Positions 12,845 to 25,000 of a stretch of DNA of 64,000 nt are shown piece by piece. The DNA comes from Macrostomum hystrix (lineage: Eukaryota; Animalia; Platyhelminthes). A program made the translations under genes and the position numbers. A model generated the notes under the pieces. That model was not told the DNA's origin and made no database searches. It saw nothing but the letters and a program-made list of their open reading frames with translations. The stretch is from the NCBI GenBank assembly GCA_950097015.1, contig CATNEN010000014.1, positions 992,001-1,056,000 on the forward strand. Reading direction: 5' to 3'. Numbering within the stretch: position 1 is the stretch's first letter; the number at the start of each line of letters is the position of its first letter.

Positions 12845-13885
12845 ACCGAAACTTCACAAACCCGGAACTTTACAAACCGGAACTTCACAAACCGGAACTT
12901 TACAAACCGGAACTTTACAAACCGGAACTTCACAAACCGGAACTTCACAAACCGGAACTTTACAAACCCGGAACTTCACAAACCCGGAACTTCACAAATC
13001 CGTAGTTTCACAAACCCGTAGTTTCACAAACCCGTAGTTTCACAAACCCGTAGTTTCACAAACCCGGAACTTCACAAACCCGGAACTTCACAAACCCGTA
13101 GCTTCACAAAACCGTAGTTTCACAAACCCGGAACTTCACAAACCCGGAACTTCACAAACCCGTAGCTTCACAAACCCGTAGTTTCACAAACCCGGAACTT
13201 CACAAATCCGGAACTTCACAAACCCGGAACTTCACAAACCCGTAGCTTCACAAAACCGTAGTTTCACAAACCCGGAACTTCACAAACCCGGAACTTCACA
13301 AACCCGTAGCTTCACAAAACCGTAGTTTCACAAACCCGGAACTTCACAAATCCGGAACTTCACAAACCCGGAACTTCACAAACCCGGAACTTCACAAATC
13401 CGGAACTTCACAAACCCGGAACTTCACAAATCCGTAGTTTCACAAACCCGTAGTTTCATAAACCCGGAACTTCACAAACCCGGAACTTCACAAACCCGTA
13501 GCTTCACAAAACCGTAGTTTCACAAACCCGGAACTTCACAAACCCGGAACTTCACAAACCCGTAGCTTCACAAATCCGTAGTTTCACAAATCCGTAGTTT
13601 CACAAACCCGGAACTTCACAAACCCGGAACTTCACAAACCCGTAGCTTCACAAAACCGTAGTTTCACAAACCCGGAACTTCACAAACCCGGAACTTCACA
13701 AACCCGTAGCTTCACAAAACCGTAGTTTCACAAACCCGGAACTTCACAAATCCGGAACTTCACAAACCCGGAACTTCACAAACCCGGAACTTCACAAATC
13801 CGGAACTTCACAAACCCGGAACTTCACAAATCCGGAACTTCACAAACTCGGAACTTCACAAACCGAAACTTCACAAGCCCGAAAC
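12845..13885. repeat. Minisatellite, 15/16-bp unit ACAAACCCGGAACTTC / ACAAACCCGTAGTTTC
   Basis: Directly visible tandem array with two interspersed unit variants. Confidence 0.95.
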
Positions 13886-14148
13886 TTTTATACAGGAATT
13901 TGTAAAACCTGAATTTTTGCAAACTCAGATTTAACTGAGGGTAAGCCTGAGGATTTGAACAGTGGGAACTTAATAAAACTCTGAATTTCAGAAAACTTTC
14001 GGAGAAAACAATGATTTGGATCCCAACTGAGAAGCGTTGCAAGAACCATGCGGAAACCATGCGGAAACCATGTCCTGCAAGACCTCTGTTTTTGATCCAG
14101 CTATACTGTACCGACAGAGGCCGAGAGATCAAATATTTGCCCACATAG

Positions 14149-14199
<51 letters not shown>
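14149..14199. repeat. (TGC)17 microsatellite
   Basis: Directly visible. Confidence 0.95.
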
Positions 14200-14749
14200 A
14201 TGGCGGCGCCTCTCGAGCGAGTAGGGCAGCGCGGAGTCATTAACTGATAAGGTGAAAATTACACGAATTTCTGTCCCCAGTCCTCATAAGCAAGGAGGGC
14301 CTTCACAGGTTTCCAAAAATCAACTGCCGCGCCCCCTGACAGGCAGATGGGCGATTAACTTGCCCCCGGAGCTGATCCTGCTTATCGGGCCAGCCTAATC
14401 CCTCTGATGCCCGGTGTTAACAGAGCAGTGTTACCCCATAGGGACTCTGTGTATTTCTGGCGGGCTGAGTGCTAAAGCCGATTAGAAATATTTCGGCTTC
14501 CCAACAAAATTGAGCTGGGCAATGTTTAGAGATTAGGCAGATTTGTTTCCTGCCCTGAGCTGCACTGCTCAACTCAAGCATTTAGAAGTTAATTTTGCTG
14601 GGCAAACAGATTTGCTTTGGAAAGAGCACAAAAAGCGGCATCTGAGATTAGCGAGCAGCCGCGGCTGCTCATTCGTGTCCGTGCTTCTGTGAGCTGCATT
14701 GGGCATTGACAGATATTGCCATAGACAAATGCTGTCAAGCTCCTGAAGA

Positions 14750-14995
14750 TGATAATAACAACTGATTACACCTGCCCCAATGTGCAGCCGACAGCACAGC
14801 CTAAGATATTGCGCGGCGCATCTGAAGGCTGCGTACGGCTTTTCAGTCCATGGACAATTTAACAGCTGGGTGAACTGAAGCAATGCATAGTTAAGTGTCT
14901 TTCTAAAGGTAAAAAATTAATCCAGTTGAGTTGGGAATCGAACCCCCGACCTTTAAGTCGTGAGTCCGCCGCTCTAACCACTAGGCAACAACCCC
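14750..14995 (-). mobile_element. tRNA-derived SINE-like element (Pol III A/B boxes plus CORE-like segment)
   Basis: Minus strand GGGGTTGTTGCCTAGTGGTTAGAGCG (A box) ... GGTTCGATTCC (B box, 14944-14934). The anticodon and T stems do not pair. It is followed by AAGACACTTAAC...TTGCTTCAGTTCACCCAGCTGTTAAAT, which resembles the central conserved domain of invertebrate SINEs (from memory). The 3' boundary is uncertain. Confidence 0.6.
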
Positions 14996-15585
14996 TCGGC
15001 GTCGGTTCGGTTCGGCGTCACCCGCCACGCCTCCACACAGATGCTCTACCATTAGAGAAGTGTTTGAGTAGCAGAAAATAACACTCTGAGTATTGCCCAA
15101 TGGCTCTCTTCTCGAGCTAAAAGCTGGAAAAACTAGCCAAGAGAAAAAATCGCTCTGATTTCGGACGACACAAAGGGGAAGGGCAAGACGGGTCATGAAT
15201 CTTTGATCCGACATCTCCAATGCTTCATCCTTTCATTCCTGCCAGCGTACAGCTTCCTCGGCCGGACCTTTCCTGTCCCGCCCCTTCCTGCCAACCCAAC
15301 TTTGGCGACTTCAGCGGCGGCAGCGGCGGAGGCGCGGTGGTTGAAGGCGGCTTCGCCGGCAAGTGCTCAACTCGACCGCCTTTTTAGCTGGCCGGAACTC
15401 AATTGTGCTCACCGCCTTTTTAGCAGGCCGGACAATCAGACTGGCTCAATTGGAGCAGTGACAGCCGCTTCCGACCTGCGACTGATCCGCCAACAGCCTC
15501 GGAGACTTGGAATTGTGCACCGATTTTCACCCCAGATACTCCGGGACTCCCGCGACTGAATCCCAGTGACCGCCTGAGAACCTTT

Positions 15586-16500
15586 GGCCAGACCTGACAC
15601 TGGCCAGACCTGACACTAGCCAGACCTGACACTGGCCAGACCTGACACTGGCCAGACCTGACACTGGCCAGACCTGACACTGGCCAGACCTGACACTGGC
15701 CAGACCTGACACTGGCCAGACCTGACACTAGCCAGACCTGACACTAGCCAGACCTGACACAAGCCAGACCTGACACTAGCCAGACCTGACACTAGCCAGA
15801 CCTGACACTAGCCAGACCTGACACTGGCCAGACCTGACACTGGCCAGACCTGACACTGGCCAGACCTGACACTGGCCAGACCTGACACTGGCCAGACCTG
15901 ACACTAGCCAGACCTGACACAAGCCAGACCTGACACTGGCCAGACCTGACACTAGCCAGACCTGACACTAGCCAGACCTGACACTAGCCAGACCTGACAC
16001 TAGCCAGACCTGACACTGGCCAGACCTGACACTGGCCAGACCTGACACTGGCCAGACCTGACACTGGCCAGACCTGACACTGGCCAGACCTGACACTAGC
16101 CAGACCTGACACAAGCCAGACCTGACACTGGCCAGACCTGACACTGGCCAGACCTGACACTAGCCAGACCTGACACAAGCCAGACCTGACACTGGCCAGA
16201 CCTGACACTAGCCAGACCTGACACTAGCCAGACCTGACACTAGCCAGACCTGACACTAGCCAGACCTGACACAAGCCAGACCTGACACTAGCCAGACCTG
16301 ACACAAGCCAGACCTGACACTGGCCAGACCTGACACTAGCCAGACCTGACACTAGCCAGATCTGACACTAGCCAGACCTGACACTAGCCAGACCTGACAC
16401 AAGCCAGACCTGACACTAGCCAGACCTGACAATAGCCAGACCTGACAATAGCCAGACCTGACACTGGCCAGACCTGACACTAGCCAGACCTGACACTAGC
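15586..16500. repeat. Minisatellite, 16-bp unit GGCCAGACCTGACACT
   Basis: Directly visible; variants end in ACTG/ACTA/ACAA. Confidence 0.97.
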
Positions 16501-17069
16501 ACAAGCAAAAAAATTCTGAAATCACTTCGTAGTCAGTCGGCATGGCCAGTACGCAGTGATGGACGCCAGTTCCGCTTACACTCTATGGCCGAAACCCCCT
16601 GCCTCGATAGCAATGCAAACTTCGCTATCAGATTGCTAAATAATTTGAGTGCTTTCAGCAGCACCTGCTGCAAGCTCCGCCTGTCAATAATAAATTGACG
16701 CAAAAGTTGAAAAATAAAGAAAAAAAATGATGGACGCCTCGAACCTGAAACTGCGCCAGAAGCAACAGCTCAGGCGGCAAATGAAGAGGCCTGATGATAA
16801 ACAGATAACAACTGACTGACTGACTGCAGCCCGGCCCTGCAGTGTTATTCTTGTTCAATTTTAATAGATAACACCGAAACACTTCGCTATTGCAGTGTTT
16901 TATCAAGCCAAATATTAAACCTTTTTGACCGGACCCTCCGACTGTCAGTTTTTGCCTGCAGCTGCTGCAATAATAACAATATCTTTGGGCAACTCCCTGC
17001 GGTTCGTGACAAGCGGAGCTATTGTGGATTTCAGGGGATTAGCTGGGGGCATTGTGCTGCAGCAAAAGT

Positions 17070-18000
17070 GGAAGATGGGTGAGAGGGAGATGGGTGACAG
17101 GGAGTTGGATGAGTGGGAGATGGGTGAGTGGGAGATGGGTGAGAGGGAGTTGGGTGGGAGGGAGAAGGTGAGTGGGAGATGGGTGAGTGGGAGAAGGGTG
17201 AGTGGGAGAAGGGTGAGTGGGAGAAGGGTGAGAGGGAGATGGGTGAGAGGGAGATGGGTGAGAGGGGAGATAGGTGAGAGGGAAATGGGTGAGAGGGAGA
17301 TGAAGGGGAGGGAGTTGGACGAGTGGGAGATGGGTGAGTGGGAGATTTGGAGTGGGAGATTTGTGAGAGGGAGAAGGGTGAGAGGGAGATGGGAGAGAGG
17401 GAGATGGGTGAGAAAGAGATGGGTGAGAGGGAGATGAGAGAGAGGGAGATGGGTGAGAGAGAGATGGGTGAGAGGGAGTTGGGTGAGTGGGAGATTTGTG
17501 AGAGGGAGATGGGTGAGTGGGAGAAGGTGAGTGGGAGATGGGTGAGTGGGAGATGGGTGAGAGGGAGAAGGGTGAGAGGGAGATGGGAGAGAGGGAGATG
17601 GGCGAGTGGGAGATGGGTGAGAGGGAAATGGGTGAGAAAGAGATGGGTGAGAGGGAGATGAGAGAGAGGGAGATGGAGAGAGGTAGATGGGCGAGTGGGA
17701 GATGGGTGAGAGGGAAAGGAGTGAGAGGGAAATGGGTGAGAAAGAGATGGGTGAGAGGGAGATGAGAGAGAGGGAGATGGGTGAGAGGGAGATGGGTGAG
17801 AGGGAGTTGGGTGAGTGGGAGATTTGTGAGAGGGAGATGGGTGAGTGGGAGAAGGTGAGTGGGAGATGGGTGAGTGGGAGATGGGTGAGAGGGAGAAGGG
17901 TGAGGGGAAGATGGGTGAGTGGGAGATGGGTGAGTGGGAGATTGGTGAGAGGGAGTTGGGTGAGTGGGAGATGTGTGAGAAGTAGATGGGTGAGTGGGTG
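17070..18000. repeat. Purine-rich minisatellite, about 15-bp unit GGGAGATGGGTGAGA/T
   Basis: Directly visible; the + strand is nearly C-free. Confidence 0.95.
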
Positions 18001-18857
18001 GACTAGTTATACACGGGTAAGCACTCAGATGTATAGCATCATCTTTCACTGATAGTTCTCTGATCTGAAAGTTGTTGCTGAGGTGGATGGCAAGCAAGCG
18101 CCTGAGATGGCATCAGCAGGTTGATCACATCGCTGTCCCAGAACAGAAGGCGGCTCTCGACTGTCTGCGCATTGTTGGGCCCCGAGGCGGGGGTTGCATT
18201 GTGGCACAAAGAGCAGCAAGACAGGGGAGACCCGGGTTGACAAGCGAATGTTGTGTCAAGTGTTCTTCTTCACGAAAATGGGTTGAAATGAGACACTTTA
18301 CCGGCGAGTTGTGAGCTGCGCTGAGCTCACTGGCTGTGTCTATGGGGGGGCTAAATTACAAGCGTTGGAGACCGGCGCTCGGTTGGGTCTCGTGACCCGA
18401 ATGATTTCCACCGCGGGCTCCTTTCAAAACTTTGCGATCGAACAAGAAATTATTAAGATCCCGAAATGCGATCAAAAGAGGTGAGCTGCATGGGGCTCGG
18501 CCTCCGAGCTCCGGTCCGCTCGAGCGATTCCGAAACCGAGTGTGACCGATTAGACACGAGCTCCCATAATTACAGGGCTCGCACGCATTGCGGTGTTGGG
18601 CCGGGCTTTGGTGGAGACTTTCACCTTTGAACAACCTGGCTGGGCGACTTCTTGCATTGTCTGCGCGGCATCAATGTCTGTTAATTGCTCAGTCTCATTA
18701 TGCAGCCAGTCTTTATTATTGGAGTCTTTGTGCGACTAAAACAAATCCTTAACCCCGCGTGAGCCACAGCGGCCACGCCTCAACCAATAGTTTTGCTCGC
18801 CAGGTGTTTTAGCAACCGTGGGCGTCTGAGATTCTTTCAGAGATGGGGCGATCTATG

Positions 18858-19170
18858 AGACTGAGTGACTGACTGACTGAGAGACAGTGAGAGTGACTGA
18901 GAGACAGTGAGAGTGACTGAGGGACAGTGAGAGTGACTGAGAGACAGTGAGAGTGACTGAGCGACAGTGAGAGTGACTGAGCGACAGTGAGAGTGACTGA
19001 GCGACAGTGAGAGTGACTGAGCGACAGTGAGAGTGACTGAGAGACAGTGAGAGTGACTGAGAGACAGTGAGAGTGACTGAGAGACAGTGAGAGTGACTGA
19101 GCGACAGTGAGAGTGACTGAGCGACAGTGAGAGTGACTGAGCGACAGTGAGAGTGACTGAGAGACAGTCA
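18858..19170. repeat. Minisatellite, 20-bp unit GAGACAGTGAGAGTGACTGA
   Basis: Directly visible, about 14 copies. Confidence 0.95.
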
Positions 19171-20171
19171 TACCGTCAAGACTGTCTCAGAGTCTCAGGA
19201 CAGCGAGTCTGGCCCAGGTGTACCAGGCTGAAGACATGCAGGCACGGCAGGCATTGAAGTAGGCTGCAATAACTTTCACAGTCAGTCAAGCAGTCACATC
19301 TCGAGTGTGCCTCGAGTGTCTCTGGTGGCAAGTGGCCCTGACTGCAGTGCCAAGGGAGGGTCGTGCATTCTGTTACAGAAGAATTATTGGTGTGTTTCGT
19401 GTAGCACTTGTTAACTGGATGGATTGCAGGAATGCCACCAGAGTCATTGGTGAAATTATTGGCCCCTCTCGCACTGATGAGGGTGTATTTTAGCATCGCA
19501 TTTTATTACATTCACTGAAATAACAGACCACTCTAGCTATCATGCTGCAGATATGTAATATGTTCAGGCACAAGCTATTCTTTGCAATGCTCCTCAAATA
19601 GCGACAAACCAGTTGTGAAACAATTATGGCTATAAATAAGAATCAGTTTAGCCTGCAACCTGACACTGTCACACATTGGCCACTGTGTCAGAGGCCAATG
19701 TCTGCATCACTCATTCAGTTGATTGATTTTGCCCGATCATGGGAGCACGCGAAATCTGTGTGCGATTTGAGAACCCCGAGCTTATAGCGCAACCGGGTTT
19801 GGCCATAGACACCTTATATCAGTGTGGGTAAATATAGTGTTTGATGTCAATAATTTGACATGACAGCGTGCGACCCAACCTGGCAATTAACCCCCAGTTA
19901 AATTGAAACCCGTGCGTGCCTTGAGCACACCGAGAGTACAGTGAGTGTCACAGGGCTCAATTTAAACCCCCGCATGCATATTACGCTTTATTTCCCAGTA
20001 AAATTTCCATTATAAGGCCATGCGTTGTTATAGGGGAATGTCAGATAAAATTATGGGATAGTTTTTTAACGATGCGTTTTCCAGAGTTAATGGACTAAGA
20101 ACTGGAAAATGTGGACCGGCATTCAGATTCTTGGAATGTGAGGGTTGAGGTGAAGGGGTGGAGTTGGGAAT

Positions 20172-21362
20172 AGACTGAGATATGCAGGAATGCAATGAGA
20201 TATGCAGGAATCGGCTGAGATATGCAGGAATCGGCTGAGATATGCGGGAATCGGCTGAGATATGCGGGAATCGGCTGAGATATGCGGGAATCGGCTGAGA
20301 TATGCGGGAATCGGCTGAGATATGCGGGAATCGGCTGAGATATGCGGGAATCGGCTGAGATATGCAGGAATCGGCGGAGATATGCAGGAATCCGCTGATA
20401 TATGCGGGAATAGACTGAGGTAAGCGGGAATCCGCTGATAAATGCAGGAATCCGCTAAGAAATGTAGGAATCCGCTGAGAAATGCAGGAATCTACTGAAA
20501 AATGTAGGAATCGACTGAGAAATTCAGGAATTGTCTGAGAAATTCAGGAATCCGCTGAGATATGCGGAATCCGCTGATAAATGCAGGAATTCGCTGAGAA
20601 ATGCAGGAATCCGCTGAGAAATGCAGGAATCTGCTGAGAAATGTAGGAATCCGCTGAGAAATGTAGGAATCGACTGAGAAATGTAGGAATCCGCTGAGAA
20701 ATGCAGGAATCCGCTGAGAAATGTAGGAATCTGCTGAGAAATGTAGGAATCCGCTGAGAAATGTAGGAATCCGCTGAGACATGCAGGAATCGGCTGAGAA
20801 ATGCAGGAATCCGCTGAGAAATACAGGAATCTGCTGAGAAATGTAGGAATCTGCTGAGAAATGCAGGAATCCGCTGAGAAATGCAGGAATCCGCTAAGAA
20901 ATGCAGGAATTGTCTGAGAAATGTAGGAATCGTCTGAGAAATTCTGGAATCGTCTGAGAAATGCAGGAATCCGCTGAGAAATGCGGAATCCGCTGAGTAA
21001 TGCAGGAATCCACTGAGAAATGCAGGAATCCGCTGAGAAATGTAGGAATCGACTGAGAAATGCAGGAATCCGCTGAGAAATGCGGAATCCGCTGAGTAAT
21101 GCAGGAATCCACTGAGAAATGCAGGAATCCGCTGAGAAATGTAGGAATCGACTGAGAAATGCAGGAATCCGCTGAGAAATGCGGAATCCGCTGAGAAATG
21201 CGGAATCCGCTGAGAAATGCGGAATCCGCTGAGAAATGCAGGAATCCGCTGAGATATGCGGAATCCGCTGAGAAATGCAGGAATCCGCTGAGAAATGCGG
21301 AATCCGCTGAGAAATGCAGGAATCCGCTGAGATATGCGGAATCCGCTGAGAAATGCGGAATA
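20172..21362. repeat. Minisatellite, 19/20-bp unit GCAGGAATCCGCTGAGAAAT
   Basis: Directly visible; ends about 0.7 kb upstream of the Tbx2/3 ATG. Confidence 0.95.
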
Positions 21363-22077
21363 TATTACTGCGTCAAAGTCAAACTTGCTGAATTTCCAGT
21401 CCGAATGTCATGGGAAATGCCATGTTAGAGTGACAATGTGACACGGAGACAAACTGAAATATTTACATTAATTTGTCTCCATGGGACTTTGATGGCCATA
21501 ATTTGAAGTGTTTGCAACCGAAAAAAACTGAGAATTAATTTTTCATTCCACTTTGCTGGCAAGGTGAGCACTCGCTTCACTCTGTTCAGGCCTTCAAATT
21601 GAGAATTTCCACCTTCCGGTGTTTATAAGAAAAACGCCAAGTAGGTCATGAATTATTCTGAAAGCTGTGGGAAGCCAGTGTCAGTCATCGGCCGATCATG
21701 CTAAAATAAAACAGACAGACTGCCCCCATTGTGGCCTGTTTTATCTGCGATTTGCATCTTGCCACGGCTAGGGGAACTTGAAAATGCTTTTGTGGAGGAT
21801 CTGGGAACTCGCAATGGATTGGGGCTGGGGTGGCGCAGGGCGCTAAAATTCACTGGCGCCTCCAACCTTGGCCAGCGCTTTTCATTGGTCTTCGCGGCCT
21901 GCCTGGCCTGGCCCGCCAGCCAATCCAAGGCGGCCCACCCACCCCCTCCCCTGCCCACCGCTTCTGCTGCATCAATTTGGGAAGCCGACAGTAGAAATAC
22001 AGCCGCTGCCGGCCGCCACCTTGGAAGCACAGTCAGGTTCGCTGAAGGAGAATTCGCTCAGACACCATTTGGTCACA

Positions 22078-25000
22078 ATGTCCTTCAACCCGTTTGTCGG
22101 TGCCTTCCCCGGTGCCAGCGAGCTGCCCCTCCTGCCCGGCTACTTCGGCTTCCCGCCGCATCCGCAGGCCGGCGGCCATCCCGGCTTCATGGCCGCCGCA
22201 GCCGCAGCCGCAGCCGCCGCGGCTGCCGCCGCCAGCTCAGCGTCCTCCGGAGTCGGCGGCACATCGTCGACCGCATCATCAGCTGGTTCCGCGGCGACCA
22301 AAGGCGGAGGCGGAGGCGGCCGCAGCTTCTCGGGCCCTCCGCCGCTGCTGCCCTCGGAGCTGTTCTCGCCGGCGCACGCAGCCGCCGCCGGCCTGCTGAG
22401 GAACTTCGAGCCGCCGACCTCGACCCAGCAGCCGGCGCAGACTCAGGAGGAGCAGCCGGATGTGTCCGATGATCCCAAGGTGGAGTTGGTGGAGAAGGAG
22501 CTCTGGGACCAGTTCCACGGCTTCGGCACCGAGATGGTCATCACCAAGAGTGGCAGGTGAGTTCAGCTGAACTGTTTGAGAATAGTTGCTCCAAGGCTTT
22601 GCTTTGTCCCCTTTGAGCAGAGCTCTGAACTCTAGTCTTGGAGTTTAGTTTGATTCCCATCAGGCCCAATAATCAGGCTATTTTATTAACAAGCAGAGTC
22701 TCTTCATTCTGAGCATGAGAACAGAATCTGAGTCGGTGGGAGGGGCTCCGCATGGAACATAAATTCAGAAACAATAAAAGCAGCCAGTGCATGCAGGTTA
22801 ACTCCTGTGCAGTCTTCTCTGCTGAGCAATCTGGCGTTACATTTCATAGGCCAGTTGGGGATTATAAAACAGGGAATATCGGGTATAGGGATTTCAGGGA
22901 CAAGCAAGGCTGAAAGGACATGCATTGAGAAATTACGAGTATCTTCTGAAAGTGTGCTCAAATTGTTCGCAGAGATCAGGCTGTCAGGCAAAGGTGCAAC
23001 AGCTATGAGTTCTCTTGTGATGCTTCATTCATTTCAACTGACACAAAGCTCAGAGCTTCGAGGCCATCTCAAATAATTTCTCATTTTTTGTTCCAATTTT
23101 TTGGCGCCGTGTAATTTTCACTCACTTTGAGGCAGGGACCGCCACCCCCAGTCGGTCTCCTATCTCAATTTGGCATCTCTGGTTGAGGCATTTAAGCCGA
23201 GAAATATATAGCCTTCATACAAGCTGAGCAAGTTGAGCACAGCTCAAACACCACTGTCTCTCCCCCATGTGACATTTATCTGTTCTCCAGCCCCGCTTGA
23301 GTGAGCCGGTGTCACGGGAGCAAGCGATCGCCCAACAATGCCGCGGTGGCACAATGGCGGCTGTCGCTCTTATCAGGGCACTAGATCGCTATTGGCTCAG
23401 CTCACAGCTCAGGGTGGCGCGGATCGGCAAATCCGCTGATATTATCGCTTAAATTGTTAGACTTTGACGCCAAGGAATTGGTAGGGCTGGCCTTCTGGCT
23501 GCTCAGCTCCATCTCTCAGGGTCTGTCAACTGGCTGGCGCCAAGGTCCAGACGGCGTCACACCGAAGACCCGCCCCGAGCGACACCCACCCCACACCCAC
23601 CTGCATCTTCTGCAAGCAGCGTGTTTCATTGTGCCCTCCCTCTGTTCTCTGTGCTAACACGGGCCACTGCCAGACTTAAAAAGGCCCCTCAAACTCGGAG
23701 GAGAAAGAGAGTTGCATCTCGCGGGTCCGCTTGGCGCCGCGCAGCCGCCGCCGCCGCCACTGCTTGAATTCTCTTCCAATTCTTGACAAGCTGGCGGGAG
23801 AATTCCGCGTTTTCCCTGTTCCGCGTTATCTGTCTGTGCTTTACACACTGCTCCAAACAGCTGTGTGAGCTGGGGTATTTGAAAAAACTCGAAGGGCCTA
23901 TCCAAACCAGCAGCAAAATAGAAGGAGCTTATTGTATAGGCCGGCCAACTTCCGCCTGCAACAAACACTAATAGAGATTTCAGCAATAGAAAGTGATCAC
24001 TCAGTGCGCATGCCCGGTGGTCAGATGAGAAATTATATTTATTTAAGGTGTCTATAGGGCAGTATGCATAGACGGTGTGAACTGAACTCGGGCACTGAAT
24101 GCCGCCCCCCACCCAATAACAAACAGTACCAGAGAAGTGAAAGAGTATTTGAGATGTGTCTGCTCACTCTCTCTCGGCTCAGGTTGCCTCACCTTGCTTG
24201 ATCTCGCTGGCCGTGTTGACGGTTTGATTGTTAAGCCGGCTAATGTCAACTCAAACTCAGTGATTTGTGTGCTGGAGTCTTTTTAAAAGATGAGAAAATT
24301 TCAAGTGTCTCCAAAGCTGGGCTGTGTACCGGCTCGTGGCCCCAAGCCTCACAAACCCTGACTGACAGATGATAGAGGCCTGAGCACAATTGAGCAGTCC
24401 CCAGTCAAGTAGGTGGGCAAACAATAAACACAGCTATAGCTTGTCTCCTCCCCAACTGTTATCCCGTCATCAAGGGCGCCACATTTCCTCATTCGGCCAA
24501 GCAATCCCAGATCCCATGCATGCGTGTCTGTTCCTAGGAGTGTAGATTTCGCACGGGATAACGATCGGTGCGCGCTTTGACGGATCGGGATCTGATCCCA
24601 GTGTGTGTTTACCGAGTTCTCCGAGTGGGAACTCCACGCAGTTGTTAATCACTTGGCGTGGGATGTGCGAGGGCCGACACCTGTCCGGCGGTGAGGCTTC
24701 ATGAGATGCCATCGATTCGGTCGTGGCGCTGATTGCAATCTCGCCCGAAAATTGGGAATCGATTTCTTAGAAATGAGGATAGCTTCCGCACTGTCGCCCT
24801 GAACAAAATGCAGTTATTCTTGAAGTCATTATTCTGCTGTTAGAAGCTGCAGGGCGGTGGGGTATTGGTGACCGTGTATATTTCCAGTGTGTATGCTAGC
24901 GGCTCCAGACAGACTGGAGACATTGCAGAGGCTTCAGGACCAGCCAGACAGGGAAACGCCTCTTATTTTAAAGACAGTTTTCCCCTGTCGCAGGAAATGC

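Noticed and set aside
13824-14240. Poly-Q ORF on the minus strand
   Set aside because: A (CAG)17 microsatellite in a short ORF with no coding-like flanks or splice partners.
14922-14995. Functional tRNA gene
   Set aside because: Anticodon and T stems do not pair; treated as a SINE head or pseudo-tRNA.
17039-18097. 352-aa Pro/His/Ser-rich ORF
   Set aside because: Artefact of the polypurine array.
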